Part shown: piece by piece, positions 24,119 to 36,131 of the stretch | How positions within the stretch are numbered: the stretch's first letter is position 1 | Layout: every line of letters starts with the position of its first letter | Assembly: GCA_951406725.2 (NCBI GenBank) | Contig: OX597815.1 | Location: 66,774,001-66,838,000 of the forward strand | Length of the DNA stretch: 64,000 bases | DNA from: Octopus vulgaris | Taxonomy: Eukaryota | Direction: 5' to 3' | Made by a program: the position numbers and the translations under genes | Notes under the pieces: generated by a model | The model's database searches: none | What the model saw: only the letters and a program-made list of their open reading frames with translations | Told to the model about the DNA's origin: nothing

Positions 24119-26757
24119 ATGGTTAGCATCCGTTTGATTATTCGGTCGTAAATGGCCATCGATGGTTTTAATTATTATTTATACCTGCTTAATTGTCTTG
24201 TCGTTTACCTGGATGTTTCATTTTCCATTTACTAAGTTATTAAGTGATATGTTATTTTGGTTTTTCTCCAAATATTTTTAGGCGGGAGGAAAAGCCGGTA
24301 AAGATTCAGGAAAAGCTAAAGCGAAAGCCGTGTCACGTTCAGCTCGTGCTGGTTTGCAGGTTAGTCATAATGAACATCATTTTTAAAAATATATTTTCTA
24401 GATAATTTTTTTTCAAGAATCTAATCCCTGTCATTTACCATTTCGTAAACGATTAATGCCTGTATTATTTTGTAGTTTCCAGTCGGTCGTATTCACAGGC
24501 ACTTGAAAAACAGAACAACGAGCCATGGACGTGTAGGAGCAACGGCCGCAGTCTACAGTGCAGCTATTTTAGAGTATCTAACGGCTGAGGTAGGATTTAA
24601 AACAAATTCAATTTTACTCAACAATTGTAAATTTTCTGTTATTGATTATGTATTTTAATTACTCCCTCGATCCTTCATTGAAATTTCGCGGGTTTATTAA
24701 ATTAGCTGATGGCCTGCTTAGCCTGGAGTTAATTTTTACATTGATATAATAAAATGTCGATGTTTCTACAAGCTATAATCTATTGTTCACTGTGTTGAAA
24801 GTTGCCTATTTTTTTTTTTGGAAATATCGTTTTTTGTTATCTTAAACTTGATTTGTTTAATTCCCGCCAATATGTCCAAGACAAAAAGTCTGAAAGTTGT
24901 TGGGCTCTTTGTATTGTCTGTTTGGACATTTACAGTTCCTAATTGTTTTATAATTCCGGTAATATTTAAATTTAAATATATAAAACAGCTAAATTTACAG
25001 TTACCGGCCATAGATATGTATCTAGGCTTGGCAATCTTGTTTTGTATTTTCTCTAAGTCTTCACAAAGCCCTCATATCCCGCCTAAAAAAAAAAGAAGTC
25101 TCAATTCTTTTATAGGTTCTAATTCAATAGAATTTCGATTTTATTTTAATCATTCTCGTCATCGTGAAAGACTTACGAACTTTTGGCAGTGATTGTTGAC
25201 TAAAAGAAAACTATTTTTCGGTCCCTACTTTATTTTAAAAAAAGTTAGGAAAACCTCATTAATTGAGGAGGAAGGGGTAAAATTAGGTCATCAATGTTGG
25301 GTTTTTGAGTTAAGCTTACCTTTCATATATGTTTTAATAAATTTTTTACTTTAATGTCTTTATTTTTAAAATGTTTGCTTTGAGTAATTTAGCGGGGCTG
25401 GGGGTAAAATTTGAAATGTCTTTTTGTCAGTGATTTGGGCTTGCTGCTGCTCTTACTACTGGTGGTGGTTGAGGTGGTAAGGTTTATAAAGCCGGGAGGA
25501 GTACTTGATGGACTGGTTCTTTTATACCCCTACACCTAATTGTGTGTAGCTGCTCTATACACAGCACACATACAGCTGAATGCATTCACACGGCCTCCTC
25601 AGCCAATGATACCTCGCCGGTTCAACATTTGAAATAACGGTGAGGTTGTTTATCGTCCATAACTACCAGACTTTTCATGTTTTCATTTACACAATTAGCT
25701 TGTCATTATTTATTACAGTTATTAAACTAACGTTTTATCTGTAAATACACATTTAAAAAAAGTTTTAGTGTCTTAGATGTGACCGTGATCTTTTCCGTTT
25801 TTCAAACACATTTCAGCCTTTAGTAAATTTAGTTATGTCTGCGGAGAGTCATTTTCTTTTGGTGCTTTATAATTTGACACTCATCGTCTTGCAACCTTAT
25901 CAATAGCTTTGACACTTGAAGAGGGTTGCAAAACGCAACGAAAATTTTAGAAAAACAAAAGAAATAAATGGAAATTTTACCGGTGAGTGTGTTAAATTAT
26001 AAGGCTCCAAAAGAGAATGGCAACAGAAAATGCTTCAACACACGAGCTCACATAATCTTGCAAACCAAAAACGAAATAAATTTAGTTATTTTTAGCAATT
26101 AGGATGACTTGTTTCATGGGAGAAATCCTGTTTATACTTTAAGCAATCTAATCATGACCAGTTTATTTTCCCCCTGAACAAGACTTATTAGGGGATTTGG
26201 CAAATGGAACGACAACGTAGGGGATCTGTATAATCATTAATATTGTTTAAACATTAACTTGATTTTTGATATTTCAGGTGCTAGAGTTGGCTGGTAATGC
26301 CAGTAAAGACTTGAAGGTGAAACGTATCACTCCCCGTCATTTACAGTTAGCAATCCGAGGTGATGAAGAATTGGATTCTCTAATCAAGGCAACAATTGCT
26401 GGTGGTGGTTAGTATTTTTTTTTTTCTTCTTCGTCTACTTTAAGCTTTTCTACCTTGATTAGGCTAAGTAAAATAATGCACTAATATTTTATATTGCTGA
26501 ATTTGTTTTAATTTTTTTCTGCAAAACCGTGTTTAAAATTAAGAATTGGGGATATTTCCTGTTAGTAAAAGTTGGGCAAATTGTTAAATAATTAAAATAG
26601 TTTAAGGGACTCCAGACTTATCAATTTTAGTATTTTAAGTAGTCTAGGATTTTTTTATTTGAATGTTACTGAAGTTATTTTTCATGTTTTTCCAGGTGTC
26701 ATTCCTCACATCCACAAATCTCTTATCGGCAAGAAAGGATCACAAAAGGCTACATAA
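24119..26757 (+). CDS. H2A.Z: Histone H2A.Z (H2A.V), 128 aa; exons 24119-24121, 24282-24359, 24476-24589, 26278-26407, 26696-26757
   Basis: Spliced translation [128 protein letters not shown]. All introns are GT-AG; coding exon sizes are 3/78/114/130/62 with the ATG-only first exon typical of metazoan H2A.Z. Confidence 0.98.
24282..24359 (+). CDS. H2A.Z: H2A.Z coding exon 2
   Basis: ttttag|GCG...CAG|gttagt; [26 protein letters not shown]. Confidence 0.97.
24476..24589 (+). CDS. H2A.Z: H2A.Z coding exon 3
   Basis: ttgtag|TTT...GAG|gtagga; [38 protein letters not shown]. Confidence 0.97.
25852..26085. mobile_element. Short inverted-repeat element inserted in H2A.Z intron 3
   Basis: Arms 25852-25883 / 25984-26016; homologous to 765-965; degenerate hammerhead-like core at 25916-25950. 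Confidence 0.6.
26278..26407 (+). CDS. H2A.Z: H2A.Z coding exon 4
   Basis: tttcag|GTG...GGTG|gttagt; [43 protein letters not shown]. Confidence 0.97.
26696..26757 (+). CDS. H2A.Z: H2A.Z coding exon 5
   Basis: ttccag|GTGTC...ACA TAA; [20 protein letters not shown]. Confidence 0.97.
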
Positions 26758-27152
26758 ACCATGGAGTGTTTGTTGTATATTTGGTGTGGTTGCTAGTCCT
26801 TAAAATCATTAAATTTTAATCCCCCTCCCCTCTGCTCTCAAAAACAAACAAAAAATATCAAAAGAACCGGGAAAACCTGTCCCTACCGCCACCAGCCCCA
26901 CCCCTTCCCAATACGAGAACATAGTTGTCATATGTAGCTATATTGTCATAAGTCCGAGAGATTTTATTAACTTCCCATTTTCTCTTGTATTTTTTATTTC
27001 CATTCTCTTCACTATTTGTATATCACTATACAACAATTTTGAAACTTCCAAACCAATCAATCTGGTGTTTTTATAAGACACTGTATTGATCACCTCCACT
27101 CATCTTCTAATGGGTGGAGTAAATAAGATTTATCATGCGTCTTCATTACACA

Positions 27153-27158
27153 AATAAA
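27153..27158 (+). terminator. Probable polyadenylation signal of H2A.Z
   Basis: AATAAA about 400 nt after the stop, followed ~20 nt later by a U/GU-rich tract (ctttgtttggcttttt). Confidence 0.5.
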
Positions 27159-30100
27159 TTTTATCATTCACACGACTTTGTTTGGCTTTTTTCCTCCTTG
27201 CAACTTAAAATGAAATAATCTTCGGTTAATTCCCTTTCGCCATTGTCTTGTTTTAGTGGTGTATGTTGCGGAAGTTTACATTTATGTATAATATATATGC
27301 GCGCCTGCTTTCGTAGATATTAGATTCTCGCTTCAATGGGTTGTCCTGTGATGTCTGCTTGGTAATTTTACAGTTTGGTTTATTTTTAACATTGCCATAT
27401 TTATAACTTTAATATTTTTGCGTATACATTCAATGGTGAGGGTTTATATACATATTTATAACTTGATCGTTGTATACTCGAAAATATTTGTAAGTTTTAT
27501 CTTGACAGTTACAAATAAATTGTGTAATTAAGGGGAGATAATGCATACATTTTAAAATCATGTGAATTTACTGTACGAGTAAGGAAAGTCTGTAATTGGT
27601 AATTACAAATGTTAATTTGAGAAATCACTCAGCAAATGAATTTTTATAGTGCTTCAAATGCCTGATATAAATTATTTTTACCTCCAATGTACTGATTACT
27701 TTATAATTCAATACAGCTCTACAAGATGACATACCTGAAATTTTTATACTCCATTCCTCGAAATCAAATGGCAATATTCTTTCTAATTTGACCAAATTGG
27801 CATGTCTGACTAGTTAAACATTTTCATTTTGTAATCACGTGATATCTAGTTCAGCACTACTGTGTGGAGCTTTGGTTAAGTGTCTTTTACTGTACCTCCA
27901 GGCTGGCCAATACCTTGTGAGCAAATTTAGTAGGATTGTGGAAGTTGTGTTAATCCCTTAACACCTCTTGGCAGTTCAGAAAGTGTGATGGGTACCAGAC
28001 TCAAAATACTATGGTCGATTTGTTCAACTAAACTCATGGTAGTGTTCTCCAGCTTGTCCTCAGTCCAATGACTAGCTCAAATCAAATGAAATACTTAGGT
28101 TTTTAACAGCTGGTTAGTTATGACATTTTCAATGGAGTCATTTTTCTTACTGTTGGTGGTGTTCCAACCTCTGGCTGAGGCCAGTAAAAGAATATGGAAA
28201 ATACAAATATCAGGTGAGGTACTGCAATATTTAAAATTTCCTTTGTATCACGTAAAGTTACCTTGCAATTAAAGATTAGATCTTGTCCAAACATAATTTT
28301 TACTGTTAGTATATTAGCCACTAACTGTTGTTTTAATGTCCACATATCCATGTTTACAAGTTATATGCCTTTTACTGTTACCATTCTTCACCTGATTGTG
28401 TATATACACATATTTGGGCCTTGATTAGCCCAGAGCTCTAGTAGAAGGCACACAAATTCCACATAGTGGGGCTGAACATAAAACCATGTTGAAAAACTAC
28501 ACAGCCATACCTATGTCTGTCTATTCCTATGACTGCTGTTACAATATTCGAGTTCTCCCTACCTGGGGTAGAGTTGCTGATTCTGCATTTGTTTTTCTGA
28601 ATTTTATGAAATCTTAAGTTAAAAAATTTGAAGTGGTCCTATTTTAGGAAAAAATTTCATTTTTATTTCATATTCATTGTTGCTAATTCAAACTAGCTTT
28701 GGTGTCTATTATTCATAAACAGCTAGTGATATTACTGTTGACTTGTCCCTTTTCACACCAACCCATCTGGTTCTATGAAACCTTCCATCCATCAGCTCAG
28801 TGACACTCATTGCATAGTTTTGGTAATTAGACTGCAGCCATGCCAGGGCATTGCCTTCAATTTTTAGTGGAATAAATTGACACTGCATTTTTTCAAAACC
28901 TGGTACTTATTCTCAGGTCTTTTTTGCTGAAGTAAGCAGGACAAACCAACATATATACACGATGGGCTTCTTACAGTTTCCGTCTATCAAGGCTACAGTT
29001 GGGAGGCAAGTTTATTAGTCATTCCTGTACATGTATAGTAGAATTTCTAATATTACCCATGGTGGCAAATGTTTTCTTCTGAAGTTTCCTGTCTTATGAC
29101 AGGTACCACTAATACTTATTACAGTTCACTGCTATAAATAAACCTGATTATTATAGAATCTTAATTTCTGTTATAGATGTCTTGCAAGGGAAGATTTTTG
29201 GATCTCTCTTTGTTCAGTCAGGTTTCCACATCTATCATAAAACTGATCATGTCAAGACAGATACACACAGATTGTATGTGTGTATATATATATAAAATTG
29301 TTTAACATCTGTTTTCAATGCTGACATTGGTTGCACGGTATTTACACAATTGTCATTGTCACTACCTCAATGTTCATTGTGAGCAATCAAGTTTCTTGTA
29401 TATTCCATTTTCTGCCTATCATTTGTTATATATATATATATGTATCTACATATGTTGGGCTTTCAGGTTTTGCCTCCTAAATCCACTCACACTTGGCTCG
29501 GGTTATAGTAGACACCTATGGTGATGTGTAGTGGCACTGAACCTGAAACCACCTGGTTGGAAAGCAAGTTTCTTAATCACACATGCCTACACATTCATCT
29601 CCATTTGCAATCAAGGCAAATAGCTCAATCATTGTAACAAAACAGAATATACTGTTTAGTCCCAGGGACTTGTTGCCCAGTTTAACACCACCATCTGGCA
29701 TATTTTGGTGACTTCAGCCTACTCTGTAGCAAGCATTCAAACCTTTCCTCAGTTTGATATATTGCAGTCTCAAAGGCCCTTTAAATGGTCATTGGACACT
29801 ACTTTTGTTCCTCATTAAATGAAAAAGAAAAAAAGGCATTTCAGCCACGACCATCTTGTTTTGTTTTCAGGTTTAGTGCAGCTTGGACTAAATTGTCTTT
29901 TTTGTGTTCTAGCAAGTTGAACAATCATTTAGAGGCTCATTTAATAATTGCACATTATTTAATGTTCATGCTCCGTGCTAGCATGGTTTGGACAAGTTTG
30001 CTCGTAAGATGACTACAAACTCACTAGTTGTGTAGGATCTCAAGGCACATACCTGCATTAATTTAAATGAAATGGAAGAGCTCGAGAAGACCCTTCCATC

Positions 30101-31520
30101 AATCAATGAAATTTGTTGATTTTCCTGTCACCTTTATTTTAAAACGGGCTTTCTCTGATAAGTCTTTATAAAAGAAATAATTTCTAAAAGATTTACAAAA
30201 TTTTGATTTGCGGGAAGAAACATTAATTCCTGTCCAAGATACACTCCTACATGCCCACTGGGGTCAGCACCATGGATATTCATAGCAAAGTCTGAGGATA
30301 CATGATTTTTCTTGGGAAAGATACAGCAATGATTCCCCATTGCATTCTACTAGTTTGGTTGACTCTGCTAGTCTCTTCTCTCTCTCTCAAACTTCCATGA
30401 GACAGCCTATTTAACCCTTTGGCAAAGGGATTAGTTTACTTGACACATGTCTAGGGATGGAGGAGACCTCTGAATCCTGTATACCTTAGGCACAAGACCT
30501 GCTATTTGACTCATAACTGGGAGCCTTGACTGGCACCACCAAAGTTTAGCAAACATTAGAGCTCTACTTCAGAATCTTATAGTCAGCTCATTTAACTGAC
30601 CATGTTCTTCAAATAGTTATGTCTAGAGAGAATAAATGCTGAGTGCCTCTAATTATTATTTAAAATCCATGAACCATACTGGGTTGGATGGTTTGACAAG
30701 ATATGATGTGTTCAAGGACTGCATAGTGTTCTAGTGTCTTCTTTGGCAGAGTTTCTTCAGTTGGATGCCAGCCACTTCACAGATTGTACCAGGTACCTTT
30801 TTTATTTTTTTTTTTAACTACCTTTATTAGTGAGGTCATTGTGCAGCTTGCAAGACTATGTATGAATTCTGAGAGAGTTTATGTTGTGAGATGAAAGAAA
30901 GGGCCAGGACATAAATTGTTTCTTGCTGTAAAAAGGGCCACATAAATACATTTAAGGAGAATGAGTGGAGTGGGGAAGAGTTAAAAATGCAGTGATTATG
31001 TGTCAAGGTGAACCCTCAAAATAAAACCATTGCACTATTCCCAAAGAGGTAAATTTACATGAAAAAATCATTTGACTTTTGCAAAGGACTTCCTAAATCT
31101 TGTGATACCAGCTAAAAAGAAAAAGATGTTATGTCATTGGAGCTCAAAAATAAAAACAATTTTTTTTCTAATAGAAAAAAAATTGAAGTGAAAGTGCAAG
31201 AATGATGGATGAATTTGTGGTGGAGAAAGAAATTTACTTATAGGAATGATTTTGGGGATTAATGATTGAATAAGTTTAATACCACTCTCAGTGATATGTG
31301 TTTAACTAGGATGTTGTAATAATAGATGCTCCAAATATAACTTAAATGTGTTGATGTGTAGACCATATAGATCTTTATATTTTGCCGAGAATATTGAAGA
31401 GTCCTTTGAACAGTAGACAGGACCATCTCAGGAGAAGGAGAGCCAGAGAGAGGATGATACTCATGGTACCATTTTATGACATGGATTACAGATCTGCACA
31501 CATACACCATATTTATTTAA

Positions 31521-31730
31521 CCCTTTTGTTACCAAACCGGCTCTGGCCCTGTAGTACAAATGTCTTGTTTTCGAAAGTTTTGAACTAAAATCTTCCACCA
31601 AACCTTAGTCACAATTTATGTTCTTAACACTAGCTTAATGATAACTAAGTTATTTTACTAAATTTTTCTTGTATTTAAAATAATTGAAAGAAACACAAAG
31701 CTTCTCAAAATAAATACAGTAACAAAAGGG
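31521..31730. mobile_element. piggyBac-type MITE
   Basis: TTAA on both sides (31517-20, 31731-34); TIRs CCCTTTTGTTAC / GTAACAAAAGGG. Confidence 0.88.
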
Positions 31731-32299
31731 TTAATGTCTAATTCTCTGTGTTTGCATTGTTTTTGATGAGGAGTTATCTGAGACAGGATTTTGCAGCTGG
31801 ATGCTCTTCCTGTTGCCAATAAAGTGTAGTGTATGGAGAGAGTGAGGGATATATGATAGTGTAGGAGGGAAGGTAATTAGGTGGTTCATTGGGGATGGTG
31901 ATAAATGTAAAATGTGGATAGAGAGGACAGTATTAAGAAGGATGGATAACAAATGAAATAGTTCAGGATCGTTATTTCATCTCACATTTTCCCGTACCTT
32001 CTTCTGCAAGTTCTTTATGCAGTAAGTAAGCAATACTTCTTTATACTGCTGTCCTCATCAATACATGTCCATACCAATGATATCTTCTACATACGACATC
32101 CAATTTCTCTGATGCCCAGTTTTTCTCTCAATATATTTGTATTTTTTCATTCAAGCATGCTAACATTACACATTCATCAGAACATTTTGGTTTCATTTTA
32201 GCAGAATTCAGAACCATACATATAACATCCAAATGTATATCTGATATTGTGTTCATGTCACATTAATGTAAATTTAATGTTTATTGAACATTAATTGAA

Positions 32300-32712
32300 A
32301 TACAGTTCTATATTTAAGAGATGAGGATTTACATATATTATTTACAATTGATAGATATTTGTCCTCATCTTGTTTGTTGTTAACACGTTTTGGCTGGTAT
32401 ACCCTCCAGCCATCATCAGGCGTCTTAGGGAAATTTTGAACCTGGATTGTCATTGCTAAGGTATTTTTCAACGTTATTATTCAGGTCACTGCCTGGAATC
32501 GAACTCTGAATCTTGGGGTTGGTAGCCTGCGCTCTTAACCCCAAGATTCCGAGTTTGATTCCAGGCAGTGACCTGAATAATAATAATAATATCGAAAAAT
32601 ACCTTAGGAATGAGGACCCAAGAAACCTGATGAAGGCTGGAGGGCATATCAGCTGAAACATGTTAACAAGCAAGATGAGGACAAATATCTGTCAATTGTA
32701 AATAATGTACAT
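32300..32712. mobile_element. Fold-back element with two opposed hammerhead-like motifs (Penelope-like terminal structure)
   Basis: Outer arms ~32340-32420 / 32626-32705 and inner arms ~32455-32520 / 32539-32607. CTGATGA-aGGCTGG...TCAGCT-GAAAC at 32627-32659, with its mirror at 32385-32419. Confidence 0.7.
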
Positions 32713-34109
32713 TAATTGAATTGGCTGTAAGTGAAGATGACCATTTTGCTGTAAATAATAAGCAATTATTAACTTCCTAATCTCTATTTTCTTTTCTTCT
32801 TTTAAATGAATATAAACTATACATTTTTATATATACCTATTTAAGGAAATTAATTCCCCCAAAATACTAAGTATTAAACCAGTATTTCCTTGGATGAAAC
32901 CATCCTTCATGAGGTTTACACATCCTCTAATTAAATTATATGTATATTTATATTAAATTATGTGTGTGTGTATATATGTATATATATATATATTTAAATT
33001 ATATATGTGTGTGTGTGAGACACCATTTCCATCCTACAGTCTCCCGCTCTCTCCTTCTGTACTTCCCGCAGGCTGGGCAACCATGTATTTTCTTTGTGGT
33101 AGCACACCTGTTTCTATCTTCATCCCTAATCGTTCTCTCTCTGGCTGGGTAACCTTGTACTTCCTCTCTTCAGCAAATACCTATATCAGTCGCACTATAA
33201 CTTTCTCATCATCACCTCCTCCCCTCTTAAAAGTTTTTTTCTCGCAAGTACTTGGTGACCCTGTCAGTGCAAGTGCCACTTAAAAGCACCCAGTCCACAC
33301 TGTAAAGGGGTTGGTGTTCGGAGGGGCATCCAGCTGTAAAAACCTTGCCAAAACTGACCTTGCCTGTGCTTGTACCACATAATAAGCACTAAGTCTACTC
33401 TGCTGAGTGGTTGGTGTTAGAAAGGGCATCCAACTGTAAAAATCCTGCCAAAACAGTAACAGAAGTCCGGTGCAGGCTTGTGGTACTGTCCCATCAATGC
33501 TAGCATGGAACACAGATGTTAAATGATGATGATATTTATATTTTGGAGAAAAATTTCCCGAAAGGCCACAAATATTCTTTTTGCAATAGATCATTAATCA
33601 AATTTTCATACTTGGTAACACCAAGCTTGGGGTTCATTATTTCTTCTCAAATAGAAATAAAATAAATGGAAGGCGAAATTTGGCACCTGTTTCAAATGTG
33701 CATACTAATAGTATAGTTAATAATCCAGGGGACAATGATGGATTATTGCACTCTTCACTACTTTCAGGTGTTGAAGATTCAGTGCTTAGGAATGTTTATG
33801 CAGGAGAAAAAATGGACCCCGTTAAATATACAGGGATTGATGGGACCCCAAAATTTAGTTGTAATTGCAGAACCCCTAATTAATGTCTGCTTAAGGAAAA
33901 AAAACAGTCTATAAATGTATAGTTAAAGGAGAGAACAATTTGGTTAGAGGATGTATCAAGATTTTAAAAGGCGATATAGAGCCCACATGAGCTCCTTTTT
34001 GAATGCCAAATACTCTAATTCTACTGCGTTGGCATCCTATATTCATGATTTGAAGAGGAGGAATATGAGCTACACTGTCCGAAACCCTCCACTTTAATGC
34101 TAATTTTAG

Positions 34110-36052
34110 CACTTGTTTTTGCTGCCTTACAGCAGTTTTGTTGTTGTTTTCCCCCTTGTTTTGAAGTGGGTAGCACAGTTGTGAAATAGATTATGAAAAC
34201 CAGAGTTCCTCACAATTCACATCTTCAGAGGAAGAATTCATCATCATCATCGTTTAACGTCCGCTTTCCATGCTAGCATGGGTTGGACGGTTCAACTGGG
34301 GTCTGGGAAGCCCGAAGGCTGCACCAGGCCAGTCAGATCTGGCAGTGTTTCTACAGCTGGATGCCCTTCTTAACGCCAACCACTCCGAGAGTGTAGTGGG
34401 TGATTTTATGTGCCACCGGCACAGGTGCCAGACGAGGCTGGCGAACGGCCACGCTCGGATGGTGTTTTTTACGTGCCACCGGCACGGAGGCCAGTCAATG
34501 CGGTACTGGCTACAGTCACGGTCGGATGGTTTTCGTATGTGCCACCGGCACTGGTACCACAAAACTACAAATTCCATTATGTTCATCGAGTTTGCTTTTG
34601 ATTTTGTCCATTTTCACTTGCCTCAACAATTTCTGTGGTGGACAGGAAAGGAGAAAATAAAATTAATTTTGTAGCCGTGGCCAAAAGCCATAACAAAGAA
34701 ATTGGTAAATACAAGCATATGCTTCATAGGGAGGGGCACGATGTAAAGGTGATTCCTCCCCAAGAAGTCATACAGAAGACGAAGGAAAAAGTGTTATAGT
34801 CTACATGACTTACAGTGTTGAAACCAGGAAAATTGAAATGATGACTACAAATCAAATTGAAAAGGCACTAAAACCCATCTGGTAGGGAATTTGTTACCTT
34901 GCCAGAGGAAGAAAATTTGGAACAGTGGGGGTGTGGTTCCGAGATGAAGCTACCACCAGGCTGCACTCAGCAACCCGCTTAAAAACTGAAGAGGTGGTAC
35001 TTCTGCCCATATACCTTGGAAGGTGTGTTTCCAGGGTAAAGGTAGAAGACATCCCCCTGGAAATAGATGTGGCCTGGCTAGTATGTGCTATACTGCTGGG
35101 CCTTGAAAAAAAGATAGTGGTCCTCCAAGCCACCAGGATTGCACATAAAAATTGGCATGGGCAGAGCCTGGATATGGTAATTCAGGCAATCTGGAAGGCC
35201 TGGAAAATTTGGTTGAAACCATTACAGTTGAAGTAGTAATACTCAGGGTTAGAGTGAAGGTCAGGATCCCTCGTTGCTATAAAAAGGCCACATTAGAGTG
35301 GAATGTCCTCCACTATCTGTAAGGGCACAAGAGGCTCCTGAGAATAAAAAGGAAACTGCACCTCCACCGCTTGCGAGAACCAGTGGGAGAGAGATTAGCA
35401 CCGAAGGAGAAACCAAAGAAAAGAAGGATGGATGGGAAATGGCTGGAAAGAGGAGGAAGAAGGTACAATCTGTGAATGATAACACCCAACCAAACCCACT
35501 CTGCCCACCCTTCCCAAGCAGACACCAACCCTTACCATATCCCACCTGACACTGATAAATTAACTACAAATGCACAGGAGCCCCAAACCTCCCAACCCCC
35601 CCACCCTGTAAAAAAAAGAAAGTATTGTCTTTTACGATGTGTCAAATGATGAGCTACTTAAGGAGGTAAACAGTTGCAACCAAATAATATGGGTAAACAC
35701 TGCATAACATAGTGGGGTGCCCTTGCACTATAATTGCGTTATAACAGACTCCAGGTACATGCCAAGACTGAAAGGATATGAAGATGATGCTCATTACTGG
35801 GAAATGAAAATTGACACTAGAAGATTGCCAAAGTTGGTGGGTTACTATGAACTGGTTAACACTTTCAAATAAACATTTTATGTGTTATATGTTTTTAAAA
35901 AAAGACAATTTATTGTTATAACAAGGATAAATGAAGTCGCCTGGATGTGGGGTCAAGTGGCTTCATTTCATTTTCATCATTTAATTCATACTTTTTTCAT
36001 TCGTTTTTTGTCCCCACTTTTGTTTTGTCTGTCCTTGTACTGTCCCCTTTAT
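34110..36052 (+). mobile_element. Older degenerate copy of ORF1-only (gag-like) retroelement
   Basis: LLPIYLGRCVSRVKVEDIPLEIDVAWLV is homologous to ORF 37254-38066. It has the same 5' leader and the same tgtctgtccttgta 3' tail, and is interrupted at 34238-34630. Confidence 0.75.
34238..34630 (-). mobile_element. Young RTE-associated 3'-end repeat with (GAT)n tail
   Basis: catcatcatcgtttaacgtccgctttccatgctagcatgggttggacgg...ctggatgcccttctaacgccaaccac, with CpGs intact. Older relatives lie at 17872-18076, 30660-30860, 33240-33530, 52250-52480, 60003-60230 and 61500-61730. Confidence 0.75.
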
Positions 36053-36131
36053 GTTATAGGAGAGAATAATATAAAGGGGACAGTACAAGGACAGACAAAA
36101 CAAAAATAAAGAATGCAGTTTGACAACCAGA

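Noticed and set aside
24787-25192. ORFs inside H2A.Z intron 3
   Set aside because: AT-rich chance ORFs with non-ATG or weak starts and no homology.
27065-27081. Possible histone 3' stem-loop in the H2A.Z UTR (gtgtttttataagacac)
   Set aside because: Does not fit the 6-bp GG-start stem with 4-nt loop consensus, lies far from the stop, and the gene has introns and an AATAAA.
33655-33883. Possible terminal exon (…GEKMDPVKYTGIDGTPKFSCNCRTPN*)
   Set aside because: No recognisable homology and no partner exons found.
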